NCBI RefSeq assembly: GCF_009914755.1
Contig: NC_060930.1
Origin: the human T2T-CHM13v2.0 reference genome, Homo sapiens
DNA: 64,000 nucleotides
Reading direction: 5' to 3' (one strand)
Position numbers and translations under genes: made by a program. How positions within the stretch are numbered: the stretch's first letter is position 1; the number at the start of each line of letters is the position of its first letter. The notes beneath the pieces are model-generated. The model had not been told where the DNA came from and did no database searches. It was given only the letters and a program-made list of their open reading frames with translations. Below, piece by piece: positions 15,523 to 35,723 of the stretch.

Positions 15523-16040
15523 TGTGATGGTTAATATTGTATGTCAACTTGATTGGATTGAAGGATGCAAAGTATTGTTCCTGAGTGTGTCTGTGAGGGT
15601 GTTGCCAAAGGAGATTAACATTTGAGTCAGTGAACTGGGAGATGCACATCCACCCTCAATCTGGGTGGGCACCATCTAATCAGCTGCCAGCATGGCTAGG
15701 ATAAAAGCAGACAGAGGAACATGGAAAGAGTAGCCTGGCTTAGTCTTTGGGACTACATATTTTTCGCATGCTGGATGCTCTCTGCCCTCAAACATCGGAC
15801 ACCAAGTTCTTCAGCTTTTGGACTCTTGGACCTTCAACCACAGATTGAAGACTACACTGTTGGCTTCCCTGATTTTGAGATTTGGGGACTCAGACTGGCT
15901 TCCTTGCTCCTCAGCTTGCAGACGGACTATTGTGGGACCTCATCTTGTGATTGTGTGAGTCAATATTCCTTAATAAACTCCACTTTGTATATACATCTAT
16001 CCTATTAGTTCTGTCCCTCTAGAGAACCCTGACTAATACA
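15523..16040 (+). mobile_element. MLT2A (MLT2A2-like, HERVL) solo LTR nested in THE1 internal region
   Basis: tgtgatggttaat...gtcaacttgattggattgaaggatgcaaag...agagaaccctgactaataca; TSD gatgg at 15518-15522 and 16041-16045. Confidence 0.95.
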
Positions 16041-17402
16041 GATGGAGATGAGGAACTTGTTGGGAACTGGAGTAAAGGTCTCTCTTGCTATGCAAAGAGA
16101 CTGGTGGCATTTTGCCCCTGCCCTAGAGATTTGTGGAAATTTGAACTTGAGGGAGATGATTTAGGGTATCTGGCAGAGAAATTTCTAAGCAGCAAAGCAT
16201 TCAAGAGGAAGCAAAGCATAAAAGTTTAGAAAATTTGCAGCCTGACAATGTGATAGAAAAGAAAAACCCATTTTATGGGGAGAAATGGAAGCCTGCTGCA
16301 GAAACTTGCTTAAGCAATGAGGAGCTGAATGTTAATCACCAAGTCAATGGGAAAAATGTCTTCAGGTCAGCCCCTCCCATCACAGGCCCAGAGGCCTAAG
16401 AGGGAAAAATGGTTTCCTGGGCTGGGTCCAGGGCCCTTCTGCTGTGTGCAAACTTGGGACTTGGTGCCCTGCATTCTTGCCACCTTGTGAAGAAGGTACC
16501 TTGCTTCTCATTCACATCCTGCCATGATCGTAAGATTCCTGAGGACTTCCCAGTCATGCTGAACTGTGAGTCAATTAAACACTTTTCCTTTATAAATTAC
16601 CCAGTCTTGGATATGTCTTTGTTAGCAGTGTGAGACTGGACTAATACACATTGTTAACCAGAAACGAATCTCTTTTGACTTTTGAGTAAGCAGTCTCTTA
16701 TGACATAAGATTATTATCAAATAGTTGTAATTGCAGAAGTACTGCGCAAGTCTTTAAAAGAAAGTGCAGTTCTCTATATCTACACTTTCATTCCATTGCC
16801 ATTCCATCCCAGTGCCATCCTGATTGAACAGTGCAATTAGATAGAGTGTTAATTGTCTGCTAATAGGAGGAATAATGTTAAAATTGCACAGTTCATTCAT
16901 GTAATAACACCCAAATTACTGTTTTAGATTCTTTTCTAATTTATAACAAAGTTCAGGGATGCTGACCCAATCTTTCACAAACACGGTAGCAAATTGTGTT
17001 GATAGAAAACATTGTATTGAAATTCTGAATGTAAAATGCATACTAGGCTTGCATTAGGGGATGATCTAAAAGGAAAGAGTATTCAGTTTTACATTTTTAA
17101 ATCCTCATTTAAAATATCTTTTGTAAACATTAAACCTAGAAAGATATATAGCAGTTTCTCCAGGATTTGCTTTTGGATTGGCTTGAGGGTGTCAAAGAAA
17201 GAAAAGTACACAGAAAAACCTTGTACAACAATGAGCATTCACTAAATGTAAATGGGGTTTCAGTTTAGAAAGCGTTATAGGAGAGGTACTGAGGTTAGGT
17301 GTTCATCTACATTGACTGCATTTATCCTAATGGTCCCCTGATTTTTATACTAGTCACATTTTATTTTTAACAATGTATGTTGTTTATATTTTCTCTCCCT
17401 AC

Positions 17403-17699
17403 TTTTTTTTTTTTTTTAGATGGAGTTTTGCTCTTGTGACCCAGGCTGGAGTGCAATGGTGCGATCTTGGCTCATTACAAGCTCTGCCTCCCAAGTTCAA
17501 AGATTCTCCTGCCTCAGCATCCCAATTATCTGGAATTACAAGCATGCACCACTATCTGCAGCTAATATTTTGTATTTTTAGTAGAGACATGGTTTCATCA
17601 TGTTGGCCAGGCTGGTCTGGAATTCCTGACCTCAAGAGATTCACCTGCCTCAGCCTCCCAAAGTGCTGGGATTACAGGTGTGAGCCACTGTTCCTGGCC
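17403..17699 (-). mobile_element. AluS
   Basis: Antisense Alu; TSD tctctccctactttt at 17392-17406 and 17700-17714. Confidence 0.95.
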
Positions 17700-18967
17700 T
17701 CTCTCCCTACTTTTAAAGATTCAAAAAAAGCTAATCTTCTTATCATATTCCTTAGAAGTATGTAAAAATCTAATATATTTCATACTAGTAAACTGTAAAT
17801 AGTTCAAATACTTACTCATATTTGCCTACGATTGTTTAATCCTTTTAAAACAACACTACTCCACTCAAAAATTTATCTTAGTACCCATTGCTTATGAATA
17901 ATTCCTGAAATCAAGGCCCTTTGCAATCTGAATTTTGCTATAATTTTGCTTTCAGATTAATTTCCCACTATTTCCAAGCACAAATCATTTAAACCTCACA
18001 AAAATAGACACTTCCAGTTTCCACTCAAACATACTGCTCCTAAACCTTGCTCTATATTTTACTCATGCTAACTCCTATGCTTAGAATTTCTTTCTTTCTC
18101 ATTTGAATTTCTTAGCTCTATATAACCTCCACGATGAAAATCATAAACTTATCTCCTTACGTTTCAACTTGTATCTTTCTCTAGTCACGAAGCCACCATA
18201 ACATTTGTTATTTTAATTATTACATTTATTTATTCTATGCATATTTATTGACCTTTCCAGTTCAAGTCAAAATTTGTTGATTATTTTTCATGAGCAAATG
18301 TGGTTTATAGGTACTTCAAAAGCAGGGATCATGTCTTATTTTTCTCTCATGATTTTCATAGCATTTGCTTTATGCCCCATAAATACTTGTTGACTGAATA
18401 GATTAATTAATGTACATTTATAGATTTTGTACTGTCTCATAAGACCAGGGTAGTAGATGTCATTAATGTTTTGACTGGTGACCCATTACCCACTGCACCA
18501 ATAGCCTTTCTTAGTGTCTAATGACTTGCATGTGAGACCTTGTCCTAGACTTGCCCTTGAATTATGAGTTCAACCTTAATTAAGGAAACCTGGAGATGAA
18601 CTGCTTGATTCATCAGTTGGTGGTCAGTTTTTTGTAAGAAGCAAAAGAAACTCATCATTATACTTATGGTAAAACATCAGATTTCATACTAAGGGACTTT
18701 GTGAGGTTACATAGCCTCTCTCTTACTTTCTGGCAGAATCCCTGAGCATACTTAAAGTATAATTATTTATTTACAGACTGGTATAACTGTTCCTAGTGTA
18801 GCAGATCCCCACAGATGGACATTCTAAAGTCTTCCCACCCAAGTAAGTTATTTCATATTCTGGGAGCACTAAAAATTTAAGGGCCTATCTTGATTATTTT
18901 AGTCATCTTTACTTGAATTTATAATCATGATTATTAACAAAATGGTCAATTGGTGCAAAATTTGCTC

Positions 18968-19261
18968 TTTTTTTTTTGAGACAGAGTCTCACTCTGTGGC
19001 GCCCAAACTGCAGTGCAGTGGCATGATCTCAGCTCACTGCAACCTCTGCCTCCTGGGTTCGAGTGATTCTCCTGCCTCAGCCTCCTGAGTAGCTGGGACT
19101 ACAGATGCACGCCACCACGCCTGGCTAATTTTTTGTATTTTTTAGAAGAGACGGAATTTCACCGTGTTAGCCAGGATGGTCTCGATCTCCTGACCTCATG
19201 ATCCACCCACCTTGGCCTCCCAAAGTGCTGGAATTACAGGCATGAGCTACCATGCCTGGCC
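18968..19261 (-). mobile_element. AluSc-like
   Basis: Antisense full Alu with gttagccaggatggtctcgatctcc; no evident TSD. Confidence 0.93.
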
Positions 19262-19555
19262 ACATTATTGTTAACTATTTTCAAAAAGTTAAAAAAAGAA
19301 CTTTTTACTTCTGTCTAACTGAAGCTTTGTACACTTTGACTAACATCTCCCCTTTCCCCGTCTACCCTACTCCCAGCCTCCGGTAACTACCATCTTACTC
19401 TCTATAATGGAATACTATTCGGCCTTTAAAAAGATGGATGTTTTGTCATTTGCAACAATGTGGATAAATCTAGAGGATATTATGCTAAGTGAAATAAGCC
19501 AGACACAGAAAGACAAATCCTAAATGATTTTATATGAGAAATCAAAAAAGTAGAT
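19262..19555. mobile_element. L1MA/MB 3' fragment in two opposite orientations (- to ~19405, + after)
   Basis: Antisense ctaactgaagctttgtacactttgactaacatctcccc; sense aatggaatactattc...tatgctaagtgaaataagccagacacagaaagac. Confidence 0.75.
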
Positions 19556-19683
19556 GTTGTTATTTGTAAAAACATTTTTTTAGGCAGATGTTCCATTACT
19601 TCCAGTTAAAGACATCCTAACTGAAATAGTATTAATCTGTTTCTCACTTGGAGTGACATGGTACAACATGTATTTATTTTATG

Positions 19684-19759
19684 TTGAATTCTTCCTACAA
19701 TTACTTTAAATAATCCTTTATTTTGAATTCTTCCTGCAATTACTTTAAAGAATCTTTAT
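19684..19759. repeat. Tandem duplication with a 39-bp period
   Basis: ttgaattcttcctacaattactttaaataatccttta followed by ttgaattcttcctgcaattactttaaagaatcttta. Confidence 0.9.
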
Positions 19760-19849
19760 CTAATTTATGCCTGATTTGAGGTTAAGAAATCTATGACACT
19801 CAGCCAAATTACACCCATAGTGTAAGGTTTATAAATACAAGTTTCTATT

Positions 19850-20014
19850 CAGACAGATCCAAGTTTTCATTCTAATTCTGGAATTTATTGACTGTATGAT
19901 ACTGAATCTCTGTTCGAAGCTTCAGTGCCATCATCTTTAAGGTGAGTCAAACAATACCTACATTTTAGGGTCTTATCAGAACTGAATAAGGTCGTGTATA
20001 TAAACTATTTAGCA
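19850..20014 (+). mobile_element. MIR split by the L1 insertion (resumes ~25944-25975)
   Basis: gcttcagtgccatcatctttaagg...aatacctac...tttagca, then ...tggtacaggttaagc after the L1. Confidence 0.6.
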
Positions 20015-25960
<5,946 letters not shown>

Positions 25961-26329
25961 TAAGCAGTTAAAAGAGATAATTTTAATGAGTGAAGTGGAG
26001 ATGGAAATTCCACCACCATTGTAATCGCCATGGCAGTGTGTCAATATATAATCTAGTTGTAGTTTTCAAACTCTGTAAATACTTAGCCCTACCTCAATCA
26101 CTCCCCAAATTGGAGATCCTAAATTAATCCTCCAGGTGATAATCTCTACCAGCAGGTCTCAATTACTGATGGCAGTGTGTCATATTACTCAGGTGTGCTA
26201 GGCCAAAACAAAGAGAATCACAGTATTATTAAATCCACTTATTATTTCTAGGTTCTCATTAGCATGATGACATACTTAGATATTTGGAAACAAACATTAT
26301 GCTAACATGAGGTCATTCTTGTTATGTCT

Positions 26330-26720
26330 CTTCTTCTTCCCCTGTCTTTCCCACTCAGTCTTGGTTTCTAGACCACTCAGTCTTTCTGTAACCTAACTGG
26401 ATGCATTCCAGTTTGTTAATATCCCTTTCAAAATATACTGGAACTGAAACCAGTAATTCCTCTCCAGGTAGCGTAAAGAGGAAAGATCAGCAGCCCTTGT
26501 AGTTTTCCTCCACTGAATGTTATGCTTCTGGAGATATGCCTGCAGCTTCGGGCACTCTTTTAGCACTGTTGTTACAGCCACCATTGACTCACACTACGCT
26601 TGTATCCAAATCTTTTTTATATGCTTTTCTAAGCCAAAAATCCCATAATGCACATAAATGCAGGGGTTTGTCTTTATTTTCAATAATATTAATCTCACTT
26701 GTTTTAATTCATTATTTCAT
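26330..26720 (-). mobile_element. L3/CR1 LINE RT remnant
   Basis: ctggatgcattccagtttgttaatatccctttcaaaat...gaactgaa resembles the CR1 'YCVQFW..FK.DIDKLE' region. Confidence 0.6.
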
Positions 26721-27254
26721 CTTAGTGAGATACTTTATTTACCATTGCTTATTTTTTTAAAAGTGTATTTCTGATTACATACATAATACTTGTGCAGTAG
26801 AAAATATGTGTGATATACAGATATAGTAAAATATTAAAATACTTTTCTCCTCAGATCACAGTGATAAAACTCTCATTGCCTGTTTGTACATCTTTCCATG
26901 TTTTAATACTCATATATGTATGTAATTGGCTTACTAGGTCACATAGTTTTATTATTTGCTCTTTTTAATGTAATACTTTTGATATATATTTTGGTACCAT
27001 GTTTGATTATGTCCCAGCTTTGTGTTGTAATCAGCCTTTGCTTTAAAGGCAACCCATTCTTAATTCATCAAGTTCAGAGTTAAGAAATATTGAAAGAACA
27101 GAATCAAATAGAGAGATTGTTACACACACTACATCCTTCATTCAGGTTGACATCACTCTATTAATCAACACTTTGAATGCAGTTGTGCTTTCGCATACTT
27201 AAGCAATCTTTCAACATGTGTATCTACATCATGTCCAGAAGAATGGTGTTCAGT

Positions 27255-27580
27255 CAATCACTTATTCATTGGTTGGATTAGTTTATCCAAATGGAACTTG
27301 AGAAAAGTTCCATGCATTGTGTTAAGCATTGCACTCAGGTCCACAGATACAAACTGAATAAAACATATTTTTATGCCTTTAACATACACAGTCCACGGGA
27401 AAGGGGCATATTTAAACAAATTTTGTTGGCGTATGTTGAAAGCTAAATGCATAAAGAGTTATGAGGATTAAGGGGAAAGAAAATTAATGTTCCTGAGAGG
27501 ATTAGGAAAGGCTTCATATTATTTGAAAGATTCTGATCAAATTCCAGAATGAATTCTTGATATAGCTTGAGAGCAGAAGT
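27255..27580 (-). mobile_element. L2 fragment
   Basis: cacttattcatt...ccatgcattgtgttaagcattg...ggattaggaaaggcttcat. Confidence 0.45.
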
Positions 27581-28914
27581 CAGAGTAAAGGATTTTAAAC
27601 TGTTATTATCTTTGTTGCCAATGGAAAGCAAAAGGAAAATGAAAAGTAGAGACTAAAAACTCCATTTTTATTGTAACCCTAACTTTTAAAAAAATAGCCT
27701 AAGTTATTTAAGCTATACCAAATAAAACTAAGTTCAGATTAAATTGAGGAGTATTCAAAAAAATTGTAACTGATATTAGTAGATATGGACATTTGTATTT
27801 TGATGGTAAAGACCTTTGAAAGTTTATAAAAATATTTTGAAACACTTCTATAAAATAAATATATGAATATAATGACATTTTTGTTATTAGTATATATTTT
27901 CTGAGATATGTTGTGATATTTATATTATATAATGTATTTATAGAATAGGTACCAGTCCCTGCCTTGATTGATTCATTTGTATTAGTTTCTATAGTCCTCA
28001 TTACATCAAGATAAGGGAAGTGATAATGGTAACTTACCCTTGAGGAAAATTACATCTATAGTAATCAAGTTACTTGCCCATTGTCCTACGGCTAACAACA
28101 CAGATTCGGGATCTAAAGCCAGCAAGTACCTTGTATTCACTATGTACCATCACTCTGTAGTTCTTAATGGCTGCATTTTAATAACAATGGCCTAAACACC
28201 CTGAGGAAAAAACAATCTAAGTCATATTTGGTCATCTCTAAGTCATATCTAGTCATATTTATTTTGTATTGCTATTATGACAAAACATACTTATATGGTT
28301 ATTATTTTCTCTGATTCTATAGTTGAGAACTCTTATGTGGATTAATTCTTAGTTTTATTTCTGGAGGTTTAGGTTGCTTGGGCAATTTTAGAAAATAACC
28401 TTCCTCAATAGATTTTCTAGAAGCCTGGGAGTCATTTACACTCACTGGTCATTTTTAGAGCCTTCTCTGCTTGGTCATTCTCTGCTGAGCTATTTGCAGC
28501 TCAGATGCAATTTTGAATGGACCTTTATGCAAACAGAACCTGCTAAATGTCACCATAAATCTCACTACTTGGCACTATCATGGGGACTGAGGAATATGCC
28601 AAGAGCATTAAATACATTTATTTAAAGAGAGTGCTTAGTCTTTGATCAATTGTTGCAAGAATAGAAGAGAAAACAACAGTGTTTAGAAAAGGAAATTCCT
28701 CTGGAAAAGGTGACTAAGCTTGCTGTGGGAAGGATGTGTTAAATTGGGGAGTCCATGCTTTTAATATGAAGGCTTTTTAACAGAGGTGACAGCAGACCAC
28801 CTTGGAGTCAAAATAATTGAGTTAGTCTCTACTGTGACATGACTAGATCAGATAGGCAACAAAGAGCAAGCTTCTCTTTGCAGCAAAATCACTTTGATAT
28901 ATCCACAAGCAGAG

Positions 28915-29085
28915 GACTCAGCCCTGGAAGACACGGGTTCAAACTCAGTTTTCTTGCCTTACCAGATTTTTGTCCTTAGGCAAGTGACAAACGTAGTTTG
29001 ATCCTCAGTGTGGTCATCTATACAATGCTAATAATTTCCCTAGCTCACCTGATCTAATGAGATGATATATATGAAATATAAGATA
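28915..29085 (+). mobile_element. MIR
   Basis: gggttcaaactcag...ccttaggcaagtgac...cctcagtgtggtcatctatacaatg. Confidence 0.65.
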
Positions 29086-29958
29086 ATAAAATAACAATGA
29101 TATTAATATATTTAAAATTGTTATCTGTGATACAATATATTTCTACTTTTCTCATAGCTCTAACACATGTGTGAATTGAATGTTGGGTTCTAGACCAGTA
29201 TCTAAATGTACAAACTGAAAGCTAGCCTTTATTATTAGCTAGCCTTTGAAAGCTAGCATTTTTATCTCATTTACAATTTTACAAAATTGTGTCAAACACC
29301 TTTATATTTTTGTAGTTTGTGAAGAAATTAATGACAAAACTAGTGTGTGTGTGAGTGTGTGTGTTTACTAATTTCTGCAACAAATAAATTAGAAATTACT
29401 AATGACCACTGGATTATTCTGTATGGAGGAAGACAGTGGTGCCTAGTCAAAGATTGGCTTTGTTATAAAATTAAAACCAATTTATATTGTAGCTCCAACA
29501 AATACAATCTTTGGGAACTTGAAAATGTATTATGGCATTTTCTGAAACTTGCTTTTACACCTGTAAATTGAAGATGATGAGAGCTGGTTTTCTTATCTCA
29601 AAGGAATTTATGTGCCACAACAAAGAATGAGTCAGAAACAAGTGCCTTGAGTAAAACTTGGAGCTATTCTCTCATTGTTCAAAGACCATTTACTAATTGT
29701 TTACTGTGTAACAAGCCCTGGAATTTTTCTCAATCAAAAAGCACTGATTGATGGTTACTAATATATTTTAGAACTGATTTTTCTTTTTTCTTCTCAAAAA
29801 TTGGAAGACTCACAATCTTTATGTAGAATGTAAACTACCTAGTTTTACTCAATGTAATTTGTAAAACAGTACTGAAAATAAAAATCTTTATTTTTGATCT
29901 TATATCCTGTTCTTGTGTTATCAGCAATAATAACAATCACATTAAAACTAATAGATAA

Positions 29959-30420
<462 letters not shown>

Positions 30421-31014
30421 TTCCAAGAATGCTATTACATTCAAAGTTCTGAAGGAATTTCTTTTAAACATCTGCATAGCAGAGAAAGCTGAAGTAATTT
30501 TCTATAGGTTCTATTACCTGAGCCAGGCAGCATGGAAGGAAGAAATGGCTTTAGTTGTTAGTGATAACAATATATGAATTTCTTACACTGCAATAATTTT
30601 CTGTGCCCTTTTACCCTAAAAACTGGTTTTCCTTGTTTTTACACACATTTATCGATTCTTTTACCATTTCTTTTTCTCTTCCTTTGCAGTTTATATACTA
30701 GATTTTATTGTATAAATGTGAATGTGTCATGAGTATGGATGGGGGAATGCATTGTGTGATTTATTCTGGAAACTGTCTGTTTCTAGGGAAGGTTTTTTTT
30801 GAGAAATCTCTGTCTTATTTCATGATTGCTTTGGTCTTCTTTATCATCAGGGTATGCTTTTTGCATTTCTAAGATCAATCAGAACAAAAGCTAACTAGTT
30901 GTACAAAAAAATATGTTACCAAAGTCATCATTTTTAATGTACCTTCTTCAAAGATTGTAAGAAACTTTAGAATCACAACTAAATAAAATTCCTCTAATTT
31001 TGCAATGATTTTTA

Positions 31015-31356
<342 letters not shown>

Positions 31357-31747
31357 TTACATTAGATGCCAACCAGTAGAGTTTAGAGATGCAGTCATAG
31401 CAGATGTTAAGCAGTCTTTTTCCCCAAAGGAAAACTTTGGATGGAGAAACTAGTAGATGTTTGAATTGTACCTTATTATAAGCAAATACAGTCTCCAGTG
31501 AGAAGCTGTAAGAACAAGTGTAAAAGAATGAGCATTATTTTCCTACAAAATTTGATTTCAGGATTATTTAAATTAGGTTTAAATATTATCATAGGTTGAC
31601 AACCTGGAAGTCAAAAAATGAAAAGCTGTCAGATTCTGTAGGAAAAGTCATTTTGACCAGAATAACATTTTAAATGTTCAAAATCAGTTTGCCTTGTATC
31701 CAGGGAAATAGGTCTTTGTCTCTTTAGGGTTTCAAAGTACATGTAGG

Positions 31748-31804
31748 GTGTGTGTGTCTGCGTGTGTGTGTGTTTGTGAGTGTGTGTGTTGAGTATGTAT
31801 GTGT
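31748..31804. repeat. Imperfect (TG)n microsatellite
   Basis: gtgtgtgtgtctgcgtgtgtgtgtgtttgtgagtgtgtgtg. Confidence 0.85.
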
Positions 31805-32397
31805 TAGTTTTGTTTTGTCTCCATTAAATATAATGACCAAGGAGAAATACATGGGTAGCTCAAGATATTAATTTTTATTATATTAAATTTAATATTTAAT
31901 TAGTATGAGAGTTCTTACTACATCACATAACTTAAAATCCACGGATTCATCTGAAAGCTTCTTGGTTAGCATGAATTATGTTAGATGTTGCATGAGTGTT
32001 GTATGGGTGAGGGAAGTGTAGATAACTATTATGTCATCTCAGCTTGTAGAGATAACATGTTAAACATATGTACACCTCCCAGAAATTGTTTACCTTTAGT
32101 TGAACATCTATTTATCTTCTTGGATGCAATTAATATTTGTCTGAGAGCCGACGTGGCTCGAAATCTTTGGGTCAATGATGTTCATATGCTCCTCCCTTAA
32201 TTCATACAGCTGCATATGGTGTTTCTCTTGAGAAGCCAATGACACCTCTGGGCAGGTTGAACATGTTACAGGCACTAGGATGTTGACTCGATTATGCTGA
32301 GTGAATATCTTACCTAGTTTTGAATATCAGGGTGGCCTTATTTGTTTTTTTACATTTAAACAAACTTCCCCACCATTTGTGAAATGTAATTAGTTTT

Positions 32398-32766
32398 TTT
32401 TTTAGAGTATTTTCTTTTTTTTCTTTATTTCTTCTCAAAAAATCCAAAACAGATACATGCGCAGAACATGCAGATTTGTTACATAGGTATACGTGTGCCA
32501 TGGTGGTTTGCTGCACCTATTGACCCATCCTCTAAGTTCCCTCCCCTCACCCCTCACCCCCCAACAGACCCTGGTGTGTGGTGTTGCCTCTCTGCGTCCA
32601 TGTGTTCTCAATGTTCAACTTCCACTTATGAGTGAGGACATGTGGTGTTTGGTTTTCTGTTCTTGTGTTAGTTTGCTGAGGATGATGGCTTCCAGCTTCA
32701 TCCATGTCCCTGCAAAGGACATGATCTCCTTCCTTTTTATGGCTGCATAGTATTCCGTGGTGTACA
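32398..32766 (-). mobile_element. L1PA8A-like 3' end, 5'-truncated
   Basis: Antisense 3'UTR; TSD taattagtttt at 32387-32397 and 32767-32777; canonical TTTT/AA endonuclease site. Confidence 0.92.
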
Positions 32767-32959
32767 TAATTAGTTTTAAAATTTGTTATTTGTAGCCTCA
32801 AATCATGTGGGTAGCATTTTTGAAAATTATAAGGCTGACTCAGATAAATGCTTTGTGAAACTCTATTCCACTCCATTTAAAAGAAATGTAAAATATTTAT
32901 TTTTCTTCCAACCATATTATTGATAGAGTTGGAGAAATGGTTTAGTTTTATACTCTACC

Positions 32960-33886
<927 letters not shown>

Positions 33887-34511
33887 GTGATTTATGAATA
33901 CTACTAATGCTGCAGTTGTTTGTGAATAAATATGTCAATTTGCGGACATCTTTATTCCACTCATGCAAATAGTAGAGGTCACATATTCTCTATGTATCAA
34001 GGGGATGATACTTTTAATAACATATCTGCTTAGCCACATCATTTGAATCTAATCTGCAGTGTTGAAGAGGAACCAGAAAAAATTGCTACATGAGGCTTAT
34101 TTTTATGCACATTTTATTGCTTCATTGAAATATCCAGCTACCATTGAAGGCTACTGTAACTGCTATCAGTCACTACTATTTTCCTGGCATTCCATATATT
34201 TGCATTAATCAGTCCATAAAAGCTTCTCATTTCTTTTCTACCTGTATATGTTTACAGGTCTGAGGCTATCTTGCATATAATTATGCAAGATAACATTTTA
34301 TATGACATAAAATACAGATATACACACACATATAGATATACAAGTATACAAATATATTTGGTAAAATAAATCATAAATTTAGTCAGTACTTTTGTACACA
34401 GCCTTATTAATTATCAATTTTTTCCCAGGTTTTAACTATAAAACTCCCAATTCATCTAATGCAGAAGTGAAGACAGAGTTATTGAAAGTCTGTATAAAAT
34501 TAAAATTAGCT

Positions 34512-34832
34512 GGCTGGGTGTAATGGCTCACAACTGTAATCCCAGCACTTTGGGAGGCTGAGGTAGGACGATCACTTGAGGCCAGAAGTTCAAGACCAGC
34601 CTGGGAAATATAGCAAGACCTTGTTTCTAAAAAAATAAAATAAAATAAAAATTAGCCATGCATGGTGGTGCATTCCTGTAGCCCCAGCTACTCAGGGGGC
34701 TGAGGCAGGAGGATCACTTGAGTCCAGACATTTGAGGCTGCAGTAAGCTATGATAGTGCCACTGCACTCCATCCTGGGTGACAGAGCGAGATTCTGTCTC
34801 TAAAAAGTTTTATTTTATTTTTTTTAAAAAAA
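34512..34832 (+). mobile_element. AluJ
   Basis: gatcacttgaggccagaagttc; ggaggatcacttgagtcc...gaggctgcagtaagctatgat. Confidence 0.93.
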
Positions 34833-35723
34833 GAAGAAGTACAATTATCCTAAAAGCTTAATAAACTCAGAAACCGAATGGATTTAAGATGGGAAGATAG
34901 AGTGATAGGGAAGACAAAAGGGAAAAATTATAGCTTTTAGAAACATGATACGTTCTTTGCAAATATATGGAATCATTCCATATACGTTGTGAAATTAAAT
35001 CCGGCTCTGTTCATACTAAGATTATAAATAATATCTTTTATGAATATAGAAAAGAAAAAATAAAAGCAACAAGTGCTATAGTAAATTTAATTGATAACAA
35101 TGAATCATTCAGGACCTTTTTCCCAGCTGGAATTCTGGAGAGCCAAGTGCATTCTGTCTGCAGATTCATCCGATGCTGAGGAGACATCAATTCTGTGTCC
35201 AGAACTCCTTGTGGTACTAAGGGTGAAGCAAGGAACATGGTCAACAATATTCCTAACCTCATGGGGATTACACTGGAGATTACACTCTAGGAGGACAAGG
35301 CAGACAACTAATACCAGCAATTTGTTCAGATTTCAATTACTCAGTGAAATCAACCAGTTGGAGGTGGGAGTGATTATTACATAGATACTGATGATAACCA
35401 AACAACATCAAAACAAGTTTCTCTTTCCTGCCTCAAAATTTCTCAGTGGCTTTGTAATTTTTAAAGGCACTTTTCATTTGTATCTTTTTCCTTCTTTCTC
35501 TGCTTTCTTTCTCACCCTATTTTCCTCTTATATTTTCCAGCATACTTAGATGTTAACTGGCTTTCACTAGTGTTTTGCCATCTGGAGAATCATGTGTTGG
35601 GGTTTTGTACAAATATTGTGATTTCTTTTCTATTGTTACAGATGAAATTCTGAAGTACAAAGAGGAGAAATTACTGGCTCAAAGTAATATAAACACATCT
35701 CTGTTTCCTGTATCCTTAGCCCT

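Larger units (their letters stand above)
14923..16648 (+). mobile_element. THE1D-like MaLR provirus, internally deleted: 5' LTR 14923-15287, internal region, partial 3' LTR ~16475-16648
   Basis: LTR start tgatatagtttgg; internal gtaaattggtacc...; end ctaataca; 5-bp TSD cattg at 14918-14922 and 16649-16653. Confidence 0.92.

Noticed and set aside
28217-29260. Short local repeats (tctaagtcatat x2 at ~28217-28250; agctagc x3 at ~29220-29257)
   Set aside because: Ordinary micro-duplications with no further structure
35091-35384. Cluster of ORFs in unique DNA with an acceptor-like tttttcccag
   Set aside because: No recognisable protein similarity; not supportable without transcript data
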